Made by a program: the position numbers and the translations under genes
In this document: one piece after another, positions 12,485 to 24,369 of the stretch
Position numbering within the stretch: position 1 is the stretch's first letter
How the letters are laid out: each line of letters starts with the position of its first letter
Source: Mobula hypostoma
Lineage: Eukaryota
Length of the DNA: 64,000 nt
Assembly (NCBI RefSeq): GCF_963921235.1
Contig: NC_086098.1
Location: forward strand, 6,634,001-6,698,000
Reading direction: 5' to 3'
Notes under the pieces: model-generated
Told to the model about the DNA's origin: nothing
Databases searched by the model: none
Seen by the model: the letters and a program-made list of their open reading frames with translations, nothing else

Positions 12485-13215
12485 ATCACTTGCACTGGAA
12501 GCTTGTTCCATGCTCTCACTACCCTCTGAGTGAAGAAGTGTCCCCTCATGTTCCCCTTATACTTTTCACCTTTCACCCTTAACCCATGACCTCTGGTTGT
12601 AGTCCCAACCAACCTCAGTGGAAAAAGCCTGCTTGCATTTACTCTATCTATACCCCTCAGAATTCTGTATACCTCTGTCAAATCTCCCCTGAAACCCAAG
12701 ATGAAATAGCTACTGTAATTGCTCACAGATCTCTATGCACTCTATTTGGCATCAGTTTTCACTTCACTTGTGTGACACTGAATATCCATGTCATATGTAA
12801 ATACTGCTCACACTCATTTGGTTTTACAATGCACGATTTTAAATAAATGCATGTTTATCTTTCATTTGGTAGAAGGCATATGCAATCATGCTGAAGGATT
12901 TGGCTTCTAAATGTAAAAAGGAATCAAGAGAAGGAAGCCACCCTGCAGCCCACAGGGACCCTGCAGCGTAATGATTCCCAGTCAGAATGGAATTATTTTA
13001 TGAGGAACAGGAGAAAATCATTAGGAGTTCAACATTTGGTATTTTCTAACAAGTGAAGCAGATCTTATAAAAAGCCAGAGATGAAACAAGACATTAGAAC
13101 CAGACAAAATAAAGTACAAGTTCGACTGACTTTCATTTCTACACATGGAACGCAGATTTCAATGAGTAGGAAAACAAATAAAAGGTTTTTGTGACTTTTC
13201 GATGTTTACACATTT

Positions 13216-14258
13216 CAGAATCTGAAACAGGTTTATTATCACCGGCATGTGACAGGAAATTTGTTAACGTAGCAGCGCCAGTTCAATGCAATACATAATC
13301 TAGCAGAGAGAGAGAAATAATAATAAATAACCAAAATAAAAGATAATAATAAATAAACAAGTAAATCAATTACATATATTGAACAGATTTATAAAAAAGC
13401 ATGCAAAAATAGAAACACTGTATATTAAAAAAAAATGAGGTAGTGTCCAAACCTTCAATGTCCATTTAGGAATTGGATGGCAGAGGGGAAGAAGCTGTTC
13501 CTGAATCGCTGAGTGTGTGTCTTTAGGCTTCTGTATCTCCTACCTGATGGTAACAGTGTGAAAAGGGCATGCCCTGGGAACTGGAGGTCCTTAATAATGG
13601 ATGCTGCCTTTCTGAGACACTGCTCCCTAAAGATGTCCTGTGTACTTTGTAGGCTAGTATCCAAGATGGAGCTGACTAAATTTATAAACTTCTGTAACTT
13701 CTTTCAATCCTGTGCAGTAGCCCCTCCATACCAGACTGTGATGCAGCCTGTCAGAATGCTCTCCACGGTACATCTGTAGAAGCTTTTGAGTGTATTTGTT
13801 GACATGCCAAATCTCTCCAAACTCCTAGCAAAGTATAGCCACTGTCTTGCCTTATTTATAACTACATCGATATGTTGGGACCAGGTTAGATCCTCAGAGA
13901 TCTGACCCAGGAACTTGAAACTGCTCACTCTCTCCACTTCTGATCCCTCTATGGGGATTGGTATGTGTTCCTTCATCTTACCCTTCCTGAAGTCCACAAT
14001 CAGCTCTTTTGTCTTACTGACGTTGAGTGCCAGGTTGTTGCTGTGGCACCACTCCACTAGTTGGCATATCTCACTCCTGTACGCCCTCTTGTCATCACCT
14101 GAGATTCTACCAACAATGGTTGTATCGTCAGCAAATTTATAGATAGTGTTTGAGCTATGCCTAGCCACACAGTCATGTGTATATAGAGAGTAGAGCAGTG
14201 GGCTAAGCACACACCCCTGATATGCACCAGTGTTGATCGTCAGCGAGGAGGAGATGTT
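13216..14258 (-). mobile_element. Rex1/Babar-like LINE (second family), RT C-terminal half plus 3' UTR
   Basis: [39 protein letters not shown] and RFRNSFFP motifs. Confidence 0.9.
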
Positions 14259-14584
14259 ATGGATAATAAAATAATGGGGAAATTGTTGGACTTGAACTAC
14301 TCTTGTGAAATTTAGTGTCAATAAAATTGCATATCTGCTTTATAGTCTCCAAATTCAAGAAGATGGGATCATTGTGGCTAACTTAATCTATGCAACCATC
14401 TCTTAAAGGAGTTAGAATCAGGATTAGGTTTAATATCACTGGCACAGAGTATGGTGTGAAATTTGCTGTTTTGCAGCAGGTGTACAGTGCAATACATGAC
14501 AAAAAAACTACAAATTACAATAAGAATATATATATATTAAGTAAAATATAAAAGAAAAATGTTGAGTTAATGTTTAAGCCAAAA

Positions 14585-14672
14585 TCTGGAGGTACTTAGC
14601 AGGCCAGGCAACATCAATAGACAAAAGTGAACAGTTGACATTTTGGGCTGTGACCGTTCATCAGGACTGGAA
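14585..14672 (-). mobile_element. Decayed Penelope-derived element
   Basis: The minus strand reads cagtcCTGATGAacggtcacagcccAAAATGTCaactg, so the hammerhead GAAA is mutated. Confidence 0.7.
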
Positions 14673-14899
14673 AAAAGATTATTATTGTTCATTGAGATAC
14701 AGCATGGAATAGCCCCTTCCAGCCATTCAAGCTGTGCTGCCCAGCAATCCCCCAATTTAATCCAAACTGAATCTCTGGACAATTTACAATGACCAATTAC
14801 CTACCAACCGGTACATCTTTGGAATGCGTGAGCACCCAGAGGAAACTCACACAGTCATGGGAAGAATGTACAAACTTCTTACAGGCAGCTGCGGGAAGT

Positions 14900-15285
14900 G
14901 CATAGGCTCATTGTTCATTCAGAAATCTGATGGCAGAGGGGAAGAAGCTGTTTCTCACACATTGATTAAGAATCTTCAGGCTCCTATACCTCCTCCTTGA
15001 TGGTAGAAATGAGAAGAGGACATATCCTGGGTGGTGGGGTCCTTACTGACAGATGCTGCCTTTTTGAGGCACCGCCTTTTGAAGATGTCCTGGATACTGT
15101 GGAGGCTGGTGCCCATGATGGAGACGGCTGAGTTTACAACTTCCTGCACCGTTTTCTGATCCTGTGCAGTGACCTCTTCATACCAGACGGTGATGCAACC
15201 AGTTAGAATGCTCTCCACGGTGCATCTGTAAAAGTTGACTGAAGATTTCGGTGACATCCCAAGTCTCCTTGAACTCCTAATCAGG
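14900..15285 (-). mobile_element. Rex1/Babar-like 3' fragment
   Basis: NFYRCTVESILTGCITVWY...CLKKAAS. Confidence 0.8.
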
Positions 15286-16249
15286 TTTGAAAAATGTGTA
15301 ACACACGCAAAATAGATCATAGGACCATAAGGTATAGGAGCAGAATTAGGCCATTTGGCCCATCGAGTTTGCTCTGCTATTTCATTGTGGTTGATCCATC
15401 TTCCCTTTCGACTCCAATCTCCTGCCTTCTCCCTTCATGCTTTGAGCAATCAAGAATCTATCAAGCTCTGTCTTAAATATAAGAAATGACTTGGCTCCCA
15501 CTGCTGTCTGTGGCAAAGAATTTGGATTATTATGGTTGAACATAAATGTAATTGTTCTTTTTCATTTAAATGAAGCAGTAATTAATTACTTTAACAAGTA
15601 CTGGCTTTTTTAAAACTTCAGTAATGTTGTTCTCAATGGGTACTGGGTCCTGCCTTGGCTAAGAGCACCATTCATTGATCTTCGGACATGGGCTCATATC
15701 CAACCTCGCAAAGTAAAATGGGATTCTTTCTTTGTGTTTGACGGCTTTTGAGGGTCTTAGGTTAAATGAGTATGGTCTGTCCCAGTCCAGCACCCAGTAG
15801 GTATGAAGCAACAACACTTAACTGCCCAAAATTCAACAGTCTGGTTAACCTCAGTGACAGAGGTGATGGGGGTTAATGACTTGTGTGGGAAATGGAACTG
15901 TCTGGCTGATGTGGGCACAGGATACTCTTCAAATCTTCAGACTGAAATATTTCGCTAAACTTTGTAAGAACTGAATCTAAAATAAGTCTCATATTGCCAG
16001 CAGCTAATGTGGAAAAACAAATCTGGAATTAAATGATATAATCACTGGTAGTAAATTTAATTACCCAATGTTAATATTACCTGAACTCAGCAACAACAAA
16101 TATTAAATTAAATGGATATATTATAAATGTATCTTTCCTTTCATTGCATTAGTCTTGCAGTACATAATATTCTGTGGTAGACTCCAATGCGCTACAGAGC
16201 AGCTTCCTTGAGTTCATCTGCAGAAACAGCTTAATTCCTACCTTTAATC

Positions 16250-16425
16250 ACAAACAAGAGAAAATCTGCAGATGCTGGAAATCCAAGTAACACACAAAAA
16301 GTGCTGGAGGAACTCACCAGTCCAGGCAATATCGATGGAAGAGGGATGTTTTGGACCGAGACCCTCCCACGGGTCTGTATTTTTTTCCATAGATGCTGCC
16401 AGACCAGCTGAGTTCCTCCAGCACT
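16250..16425. mobile_element. Penelope-derived element with inverted halves
   Basis: 16301-16340 is an imperfect inverted repeat of 16386-16424 (gtgctggaggaactca / tgagttcctccagcac). Confidence 0.7.
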
Positions 16426-16736
16426 CAGTGGTGCACTGATGATATCACCTTGCCTGATGATGAAACGTTTGCGACCCAGCCTCAAAGCTCAGTGAACAAC
16501 CCTACGACAAGTATTTATCTATTTATTGAGATATGGAATAGGCCCTTCTGGCTCCTCCAGCAGCGTGCCCAGCAATCCCCCAATTTAATCTGAGTTTACC
16601 ACACGACAATTTGCAATGACCAATTAACCGATCAACCGGTACACCTTTGGACTGTGGGAGGAAACTGGAGCATCCGGAGGAAACCCTTGCAGTCATGGGA
16701 GAACATATAAACTCCTTTCAGACAGCGGTGGGAATT

Positions 16737-17650
16737 TTGATTGATTCTTCAGTGTGAAGCCTGAAAGCTGTGCTGTTGCACCACTCCAGTACCCACCCTT
16801 CAATACCAATCGGAATGAGGCTTCCGTTGGTCAGGGTCGACCGTGGATGCTGCATCCTCGCTGTCCAGATCCGCGATCCTGGGTGGTACGATACGGAGAA
16901 CGAGCTGTTGCACATGTAGCAAGCTCCCCTTCTCCACGCATCTGATGAACCCAAAGGAATAGCAGAGATTGATACAGTTTGGCACCAGCAGCATTGTAAG
17001 ATTTACCAGTCAGCATTGAACTCAACATAAGGACTCCAACTCAGGTTTTTCCCTCATGGTTTACTCCTTAAGCCTTCCCCATGAGTGGGTATGGCTGCAA
17101 TGTTTGAGATCAGAGTTTTCCTTCTCCTAGATCAGCTGCCAACCATGGCTGATGAGCCCCATCTGCCCAAAGCGACTGGTTTTAAGGCACCAGTAGCCCA
17201 CCTTTGCCCCTTCTCCTCTCAGTAGAAACGGTTCCACTAGGATTAGTAGCTAAGCCACATGTGAAGGCTAGGAGTTGGACTTGGTAGTCAGAGGCTATTT
17301 GAGTCACATGCCATTGGGAGCACTGAATAGGTAGTGGGAGCTTGTCCCCATAACCACCCCCAGCTATAACAACCTCAAGGAACCTATGCAGTACACATGA
17401 AAGAAAACTACTGAAATTTGGAAGTCTTGTTGAAACACATCCAGTATAGCAACAACATCTGTGGTGATCTGAAAGTAGCAGCGCTGCTACTAGGAATGCA
17501 GCTTGGGTACACCAAGTACTGTTGTTTCATTTGTGAATGGGATATCCGTGCTAAGACTCTCATTACATTCAAAAGGATTGTCTATTCCATAGATAGTTGG
17601 TTCCAGGGCAGAAAACTGTGACATATAGGCCACTTGAAGCCCAACCAAAA
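16737..17650 (+). pseudogene. DNA transposase relic, probably Chapaev3 (CMC) type, split by an RTE-derived insertion
   Basis: LIDSSV*SLKAVLLH..YP.SIPIG (16737-16813) continues at 17384 as YAVHMKENY*NLEVLLKHIQYSNNICGDLKVAALLLGMQLGYTKYCCFICEWD. The family name is from motif recall. Confidence 0.65.
16814..17383 (-). mobile_element. RTE-related non-autonomous element
   Basis: The minus strand carries GGCAGCTGATCTAGGAGAAGGAAAACTCTGA. A diverged plus-strand partial copy lies at ~62735-62895. Boundaries are set by the interrupted transposase. Confidence 0.55.
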
Positions 17651-17997
17651 ATTAGTCACAGAATTGATTTTGAAAGAAGAAGCAAAAGAAGTTCATGATT
17701 AACCATTAAGTATCCTGTTCTTTTGACAGCGTAGAGTTCAGCACATCTCTTTCAGGGAAGGGGTTTAGTCAAGTGAAGGGCCAAGTTCTGGCCACCTTGC
17801 TTAAATTCACAATTAACTGGTAGCATTGAAATCTATAAACAGTTCAGCATGTATTCCTACTTTGTCATATGTGTAAGGGCAGTGAATCTGTGGAATTCAT
17901 TGCTGCATGTGGCTGTGAAGACCAAGTCAATGGGCACATTTAAAGTTCAAATTTCAAAATAAATTTATTGTCAAAGTACATATATGTCACGATATCT

Positions 17998-18734
17998 CAA
18001 GGGTCCCCAAGCTTTTTTGCACCGCAGACAGGTTTAATATCGACAATATTCTTGCGGACCGGCCGAGCTGGGGGTGGGGGGGGGTGTTCAGGTAGGGTTA
18101 AACTCACCTCAACATGTCTTTTACAGTTAGGGTTGCCAACTTTCTCACTCCCAAATAAGGGACAAAAGTAGCAGTCAAATCCCGGGACACTTTACCCCAG
18201 GAAAGACGACCATGACCATGAAGCCTTGCGCGGGCACCTGTCTGCACGTGCATGCACTTACGTGCCAATTTTTTCCCCACAAATCGGTTTTGCCTTCATC
18301 TTCCTGACTATACTGTACATACATTATTTCTACTTTATATAGGTTGTGTATTTATCATATCATTCCTGCTTTTACTATATGTTAGTGTTATTTTCGGTTT
18401 TATGTGTTATTTGGTATGATTTGGTAGGTTATTTTTTGGGTCTGGGAACGCTCAAAAATTTTTCCCATGTAATTTAATGGTAATTGCTTCTTCACTTTAC
18501 GCCATTTCGGCACGTAAGGTTTCATAGGAACACTCTACCTTAGCGGGGGAAATACGGGACAAGGACAGTCCTGTATGGGACAAACTAATTCAGCCCAATA
18601 TACGGGACAGTTGGCAACCCTATGTTCAAGTTGAACAGTGCGTGACAGGGAATGAGGAAATGTGCAGCTGACTCATACCGTTTCCTCACGACCCGGTAGC
18701 ACATGCTCTGCGGCCCAGTGGTTGGGGACTGCTA
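17998..18734. mobile_element. hAT (Charlie-type) MITE
   Basis: Termini CAAGGGTCCCCAA / TTGGGGACTGCTA. The 8-bp flanks cgatatct (17990-17997) and cgatatac (18735-18742) match at 6/8. Confidence 0.75.
18128..18622. mobile_element. Nested hAT (Blackjack-like) non-autonomous element
   Basis: Perfect 13-bp TIR TAGGGTTGCCAAC / GTTGGCAACCCTA with subterminal GGGAC repeats. No matching TSD. Confidence 0.75.
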
Positions 18735-19178
18735 CGATATACAATCCTGAGATTCATTTCCTTGTGGGCATACTCAATAAATCTATAGAATAATAACCAT
18801 AACAGAATCAATGAAAGACTGCCCGACTAGGGCTTTCAGCCAGAGTTCAGAAGACAACAAACTGTGCAAATACAAAAAGAAAGAAATAATAATAATAAAT
18901 AAATTATCAATAAATATCAAGAGCATGAGATGTTGAGTCCTTGAAAGTGAGTCCATTGGTTGTGGGAACACTTCAATAATGGGGCAAGTGAAGTGGAGTG
19001 AAGTTATCCCCTTTGGTTCAAGGGCCTGATGGTTGAGGGGTAGCAACTGTTCCTGAACCTGGTGGTGTGAGTCCTGAGGCTCCTGTACCTTCTTCCTGAT
19101 TTTAACAGCGAGAAGAAACCATGACCTGGCTGGTGGGGATCCCTGATGATAGATGATTACCTGCGACAGCACTCTTTT

Positions 19179-19733
19179 GCTGTCTTTTACTCGAGTCCCG
19201 GGCTCAGCTGGCTCCGGCTGACAGTACCTGGTATGGGCCCCTTTCCAGGGTTACGGATCCCACTGCCTTGTGGGTATCTTCAGGAGAAGAGAAGGCTAAG
19301 GAGTAAACACTGCACAAATCGGGAGTGGAGCCCCTAAGGTGGTTGGATGGCATATCACGTCACCTCCCGGCAGCTCCTGCAGCCAAGCTGATGCCAAATG
19401 TACTGCTTCACATTCCTTTAGACCACATCCGTGAGGCCGAGAGGGGGATCTTGATGTCTGGGCAGCCCAGGATCTCCATATTCATCGCCCAGGTCTGCGC
19501 CCCGGAGGTGTCACTCCAGTACTGCTGCAAAGCAGCAAAACTAACATGGGAGGCAGCATTTACGAGTTGACTACCCAGTCGCAGCCATCAGCCTTCGTGT
19601 GCAGCAGCTGTGCCAAGGACTGCCACTCAAGAATCGGCTTATTCAGCCACAGCCGACGCTGTTCCACACCCAAATGAGTCCTAAACCGGGCGCATCCATT
19701 GTCTACTTAGACAGACGGAGTCATTAATTAATT
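19179..19733 (+). mobile_element. Bipartite RTE-derived non-autonomous element inserted in a minus-strand Rex1-like fragment (~18740-19930)
   Basis: A non-coding 5' part is joined to FVCSSCAKDCHSRIGLFSHSRRC* (RTE C-terminal C2H2), a short 3' UTR and an (ATTA)n tail. Candidate TSD ACTCTTTT at 19171-19178 and 19734-19741. Confidence 0.75.
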
Positions 19734-20366
19734 ACTCTTTTTAGCTGAGCTCAATGCTAGGGAAGCTTTACCTGTGATGGACTGGGCCATATCCACTATT
19801 TTTTGTAGGATTTTCCATTCAAGGGCATTAATGTTTCCGTACCAGGCCATGATGCAATTAGTCAAAACATTCTCCACTACACATCCATAGAAATTTGTCA
19901 AAGTTTTAGGTGTCATGTTGAATCTCCACAATGTGAAGGGTGATTGGTTCTTTATTAGAATGTTAAAGGTTAAGGGGAGAAGACAACAGAATGGGATTGA
20001 GAGGGATAATAAATCAGACATGACGAATGGCAGTTCAGACTTGAGCTGAATGGTTTAATACGGCTCCTATGTCCTATGGTCTTATATCTAGATTTTCAAA
20101 AGACCACTGATGCACGCCAATATGCAAGCTTGTAGTAAGATTCATGTCACTTTAGAAAACTGTAAATTAAAGAGATAATTGAACTTTAACGTTAATAAAT
20201 ATAAAATATTGATCTTTGAAATGAAGACTATAGGTTAAAGATTAGCTTTATTTGTCACATTTACACTGAAAAATATATACAGTAGTGAAATGTGTCATTT
20301 ATGCCAAAGATCAACACGGTCCAAGAATTTTGCTGGGGGAAGATCACAAATGTCTCCACACTTCCA

Positions 20367-20834
20367 GCACCAACATAGTATGCTCCCAGCTTTCTAACCC
20401 TATCCTGCACCAACACAGTATGCCCCCAGCTCTCTAATCATATCCTGCACCAACAAAGCATGCCCCCAACTTTCTAACCCTATCCTGCACCAACATAGCA
20501 TGCCCCCGGCTCTCTAACCCTACCAACATAGTATGCTCCAAGCTTTCTAACCTTATCCTGCACCAACATAGCATGCTCCAGCTTTCTAACCCTATCCAGT
20601 AGCAACATAGCATGCCCCAGCTTTCTAACCCTATCCTGCACCAACATAGTATGCCCCAGCTTTCTAACCCTATCCTGCACCAACATGGCATGCCCCTAAC
20701 TTTCTAACCCTATCCAGCAGCAACATAGTATGCTCCAAGCTTTCTAACCCTATCCAGTAGCAACATAGCATGCCCCAGCTTTCTAACCCTATCCTGCACC
20801 AACATAGCATGCCCCCAGCTTTCTAACCCTATCC
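20367..20834. repeat. Minisatellite, 12 units of ~39-40 bp, inside a minus-strand SINE
   Basis: Unit consensus CAACATAGCATGCCCCAGCTTTCTAACCCTATCCTGCAC, head to tail with no spacers. Confidence 0.95.
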
Positions 20835-20879
20835 CATACGTCTTTGGAAAGAGGGGGGAAACAGGAGCTTGTGGACGAA

Positions 20880-21628
20880 ACCAATGTCATATTTAAGTTG
20901 CTGATGATACCACTGTTGTTTGCTAAATCTAAGGTGGTGACAAATCAGCTGATAGGTGGGAGATTGAAAATCTGACAGGGTAATGCCATAACAGCAACCT
21001 CTTACTCAATGTCAGCAAAACCAAGGAGATTATTATTGACTTCAGGAGGAGGAAACCAGAATTACGAAGAAAGCACGGCAGCACCTCTATTTCCGTAGAA
21101 GTTTGCAAAGATTTAGCATGACATCTAAAACTTTGACAAACTTCTATGCCTATGTCATGAAGAGTATGTTGACTGGTTACATTATCACCACTATGGAAAC
21201 ACCAGTGCCCTTGAATGAAGAAACCTACAAAATGTAATGGATATGACCCAGTTCATCACAGGTAAAGCTCTCCCCACCATTGAGCACATCTACACCACAT
21301 CTACACATCTACATCCACATCTCACACCACCTGGTTCAGGAACAGTTATTACCCCTCAGCCATTAGGCTCCTGAACCAGAGGGGATAACTTCACTCGCCC
21401 CCTCACTGAACTGTTTCCATAACCTATCAATTTTCTTTCAAAGACGCTTCATCTCATGTTCTCAAAATTTATTGTTTGTTTATTTATTTATTATTATTGT
21501 TATTTTGTTCTTTTGTAATTGTACATTTTGTTGTCTTTTGCACTCTAGTTACCATCTGTCCTGATGGGTGAAGTCTTTTATTGATTCTATAATGTTTCTT
21601 GTATTTACTGTATATGCCCAAAAGAAAA
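20880..21628 (+). mobile_element. Old Rex1/Babar-like fragment
   Basis: FKLLMIP/ADDT-region remnant, NVSKTKEIIIDFRR, and the ttcaggaacagttattaccc motif shared with the other copies. Confidence 0.7.
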
Positions 21629-22730
21629 GGTTCCACACAGTAGGCTTATTCAGAAAGTCAGAAGGCATGGGATCCGGGGAAGTTTGGCCAGGTGGATTCA
21701 GAATTGGCTTACCTGCAGAAGGCAGAGGGTGGTGGTGGAGGGAGTACATTCAGATTGGAGGATTGTGACTAGTGGTGTCCCACAAGGATCTGTTCTGGGA
21801 CCTCTACTTTTCGTGATTTTATTAACGACCTGGATGTGGGGATAGAAGGGTGGGTTGGCAAGATTGCAGACGACACAAAGGTTGGTGGTGTTGTGGATAG
21901 TGTACAGGATTGTCGAAGATTGCAGAGAGACATTGATAGGATGCAGGGTTGGGCTGAGAAGTGGCAGATGGAGTTCAACCCGGAGAAGTGTGAGGTCATA
22001 CACTTTGGAAGGACAAACTCCAAGGCAGAATACAAAGTAAATGGCAGGATACTTGGTAGTGTGGAGGAGCAGAGGGATCTGGGGGTACATGTCCGCAGAT
22101 CCCTGAAAGTTGCCTCACAGGTAGATAGTGTAGTTAAGAAAGCTTTCATAAGTCGAGAGATAGAGTTTAAGAGTTGCAGGGTAATGATGCAGCTCTATAA
22201 AACTCTGGTTAGGCCACACTTGGAGTATTGTGTCCAGTTCTGGTCACCTCACTATAGGAAGGATGTGGAAGCATTGGAAAGGGTACAGAGGAGATTTACC
22301 AGAATGCTGCCTGGTTCAGAGAGTATGCATTATGATCAGTGATTAAGGGAGCTAGGGCTTTACTCTCTGGAGAGAAGGAGGATGAGAGGAGACATGATAG
22401 AGGTGTACAAGATAATAAAAGGAATAGATAGAGTGGACAGCCAGTGACTCTTCCCCAGGGCACCACTGCTCAATACAAGAGGACATGTCTTTAAGGTAAG
22501 GGGTGGGAAGTTCAAGGAGGATATTAGAGGAAGGTTTTTTACTCAGAGAGTGATTGGTGCGTGGAATGCACTGCCTGTGTCAGTGGTGGAGGCAGATACA
22601 CTAGTGAAGTTTAAGAGACTGTTAGACAGGTATATGGAGGAATTTAAGGTGGTGGGTTATATGGGAGGCAGGGTTTAAGGGTCGGCACAACATTGTGGGC
22701 CAAAGGGCCTGTACTGTTCTATATGTTCTA
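21629..22730 (+). mobile_element. CR1 LINE, 5'-truncated RT half
   Basis: [35 protein letters not shown] motifs and a TGTTCTA tail. Confidence 0.92.
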
Positions 22731-22900
22731 AAACAAATCTCGGAGTTGTAGTGGTGACCTATATGTACTTTGATGGTAGATTTACTTTGAACTTTGAAAC
22801 CCACATAATCATGTCCAGGGATTTCTCTATGGCATTAAGCTCAATGATAAGTTGACACAATTAGCCCATGGACATCATCAGAATTCAGCGTTCAGAATTA

Positions 22901-23155
22901 TTGTGTAATTAATATTTCAGTACTATATGAGTAATATTGTAGATACATTGTTTGACTAAGCATTCTTTATTGGTTAAATAGTTCATTATGGCTTATATGT
23001 AAAAGTACATGAATGTCATACGGTATCACGCCACCACATCATATGTGTGCACCTCACTTCAAGTAAAAACAAATCTCAATGTACACAAGTTATCTCCTGG
23101 CTCTGTGTTTTTACTCTTGATAAGTTTTTATGCTTTGAAATTACAACATATAACA
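22901..23155 (+). mobile_element. Possible short solo LTR
   Basis: Ends ...TAACA, with ATTA on both sides (22897-22900 and 23156-23159). The 5' end is not a clean TG. Confidence 0.35.
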
Positions 23156-24369
23156 ATTACCATTGATATAGGTTGTGAAATCTGTTGTTTTGTGGCAGCA
23201 TAACAGTGTAATATATTTTTAAAAACTATAAAATATATAAATAGTGTGAAAGAGGAATAGCAAGAGAGTGTATATAGATTCATGGACTGTTCAGAAATAA
23301 GATGGCGGAGGAGAAGAGCTGTTGCCTGCCTAATGTCAATAGTAACACATACAGACTTTGCACCCAGACTCAGGAGGTGATGTGAGTACTAATTCACTTA
23401 CCTCCTGCCATGTTCCCAGCAAAGCAGTGCACAGTGGAGAGGATGTTGTTTCTAAACTTTGGGAAAGGCATGTCCCTTCAGACTCCAGGGGCAAATGTGC
23501 TATAATGAATCAGTGCAGCGCAGAGTGAAGCCAAGTGGGGTACCAGTCAAGCTACAGGGATGTGAGGGAGGTGAGGTTAAATGAAGTATAAAGAGTAATA
23601 ACTGGTGTGGGATTCAATACTCCCACAGCTAGCCTAATGGTGTTAGCAAGAAGAGAGCATGGTCAGGATGGTGGGGATCGTTGATGATGGATGTTGCTTC
23701 AATATAAATGCCTGCAAGAAAATGAATCTCAAGGTAGTATATGGTAATACAATATGGTTCTTTGATAATAAATGTACATGGAACTGTGAACTTTAAAATA
23801 AAATAAAAGCTGAGAGGTTGTTAAATTTAATAGCAGAGCTGTATGAATGATGAACACTGTCCTAATATTCAGTTTCTGTAAGTATTTTCTGTGTTGTTTC
23901 ATGATGATAAGTTGCACGTAATGTTGTACTACTCAGAAAATCCGGTCTGTTAAAAAAATTGGGTGATTGAGGACCAATTTGTCAGCTTTTGGACTGATCG
24001 GGACCCTAATGCTTGGGTAAGGTAATTTTTCTTAATTTTATTTTATTTAGAGATACAGTGGGGATCAGACCCTTCCAGCCTCACAGAGCCTCACCACTCA
24101 GCAACACACCGATTTAATCCTAGCCTTATCACAGAACAGTTTACAATAAATAAAGTCATTTACTCAACAAGAAATGTCTAAGAGGGGCTGCCCCTCCATG
24201 CCAGTGTTATTGCAATAGACTGGGGAAAGGGTTTTCCTAAACTCCTTGAGAATAAAAGGTTAATCTTCAGAAAAAGATATGGAGCATTTCTGAGTTGCAG
24301 ACAAATGGAAAAGAAAGTGGCAGGTTATTAAATGTTGAGAGAGAGAAAGTGTTAATAGAGCATTCTTTT

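Noticed and set aside
12873..12971. Terminal coding exon KAYAIMLKDLASKCKKESREGSHPAAHRDPAA*
   Set aside because: The acceptor is only moderate and I recognise no homology or partner exons.
16935..17240. Extra hammerheads at CTGATGA (16942 and 17149)
   Set aside because: Neither has a properly spaced stem II plus GAAA plus NUH with a pairing stem I.
20367..20834. CRISPR array
   Set aside because: The units are head to tail with no unique spacers, there are no cas genes and the context is eukaryotic. It is a minisatellite.
23402..23551. Selenoprotein exon (single in-frame TGA)
   Set aside because: The peptide resembles no selenoprotein I know and I see no SECIS evidence.
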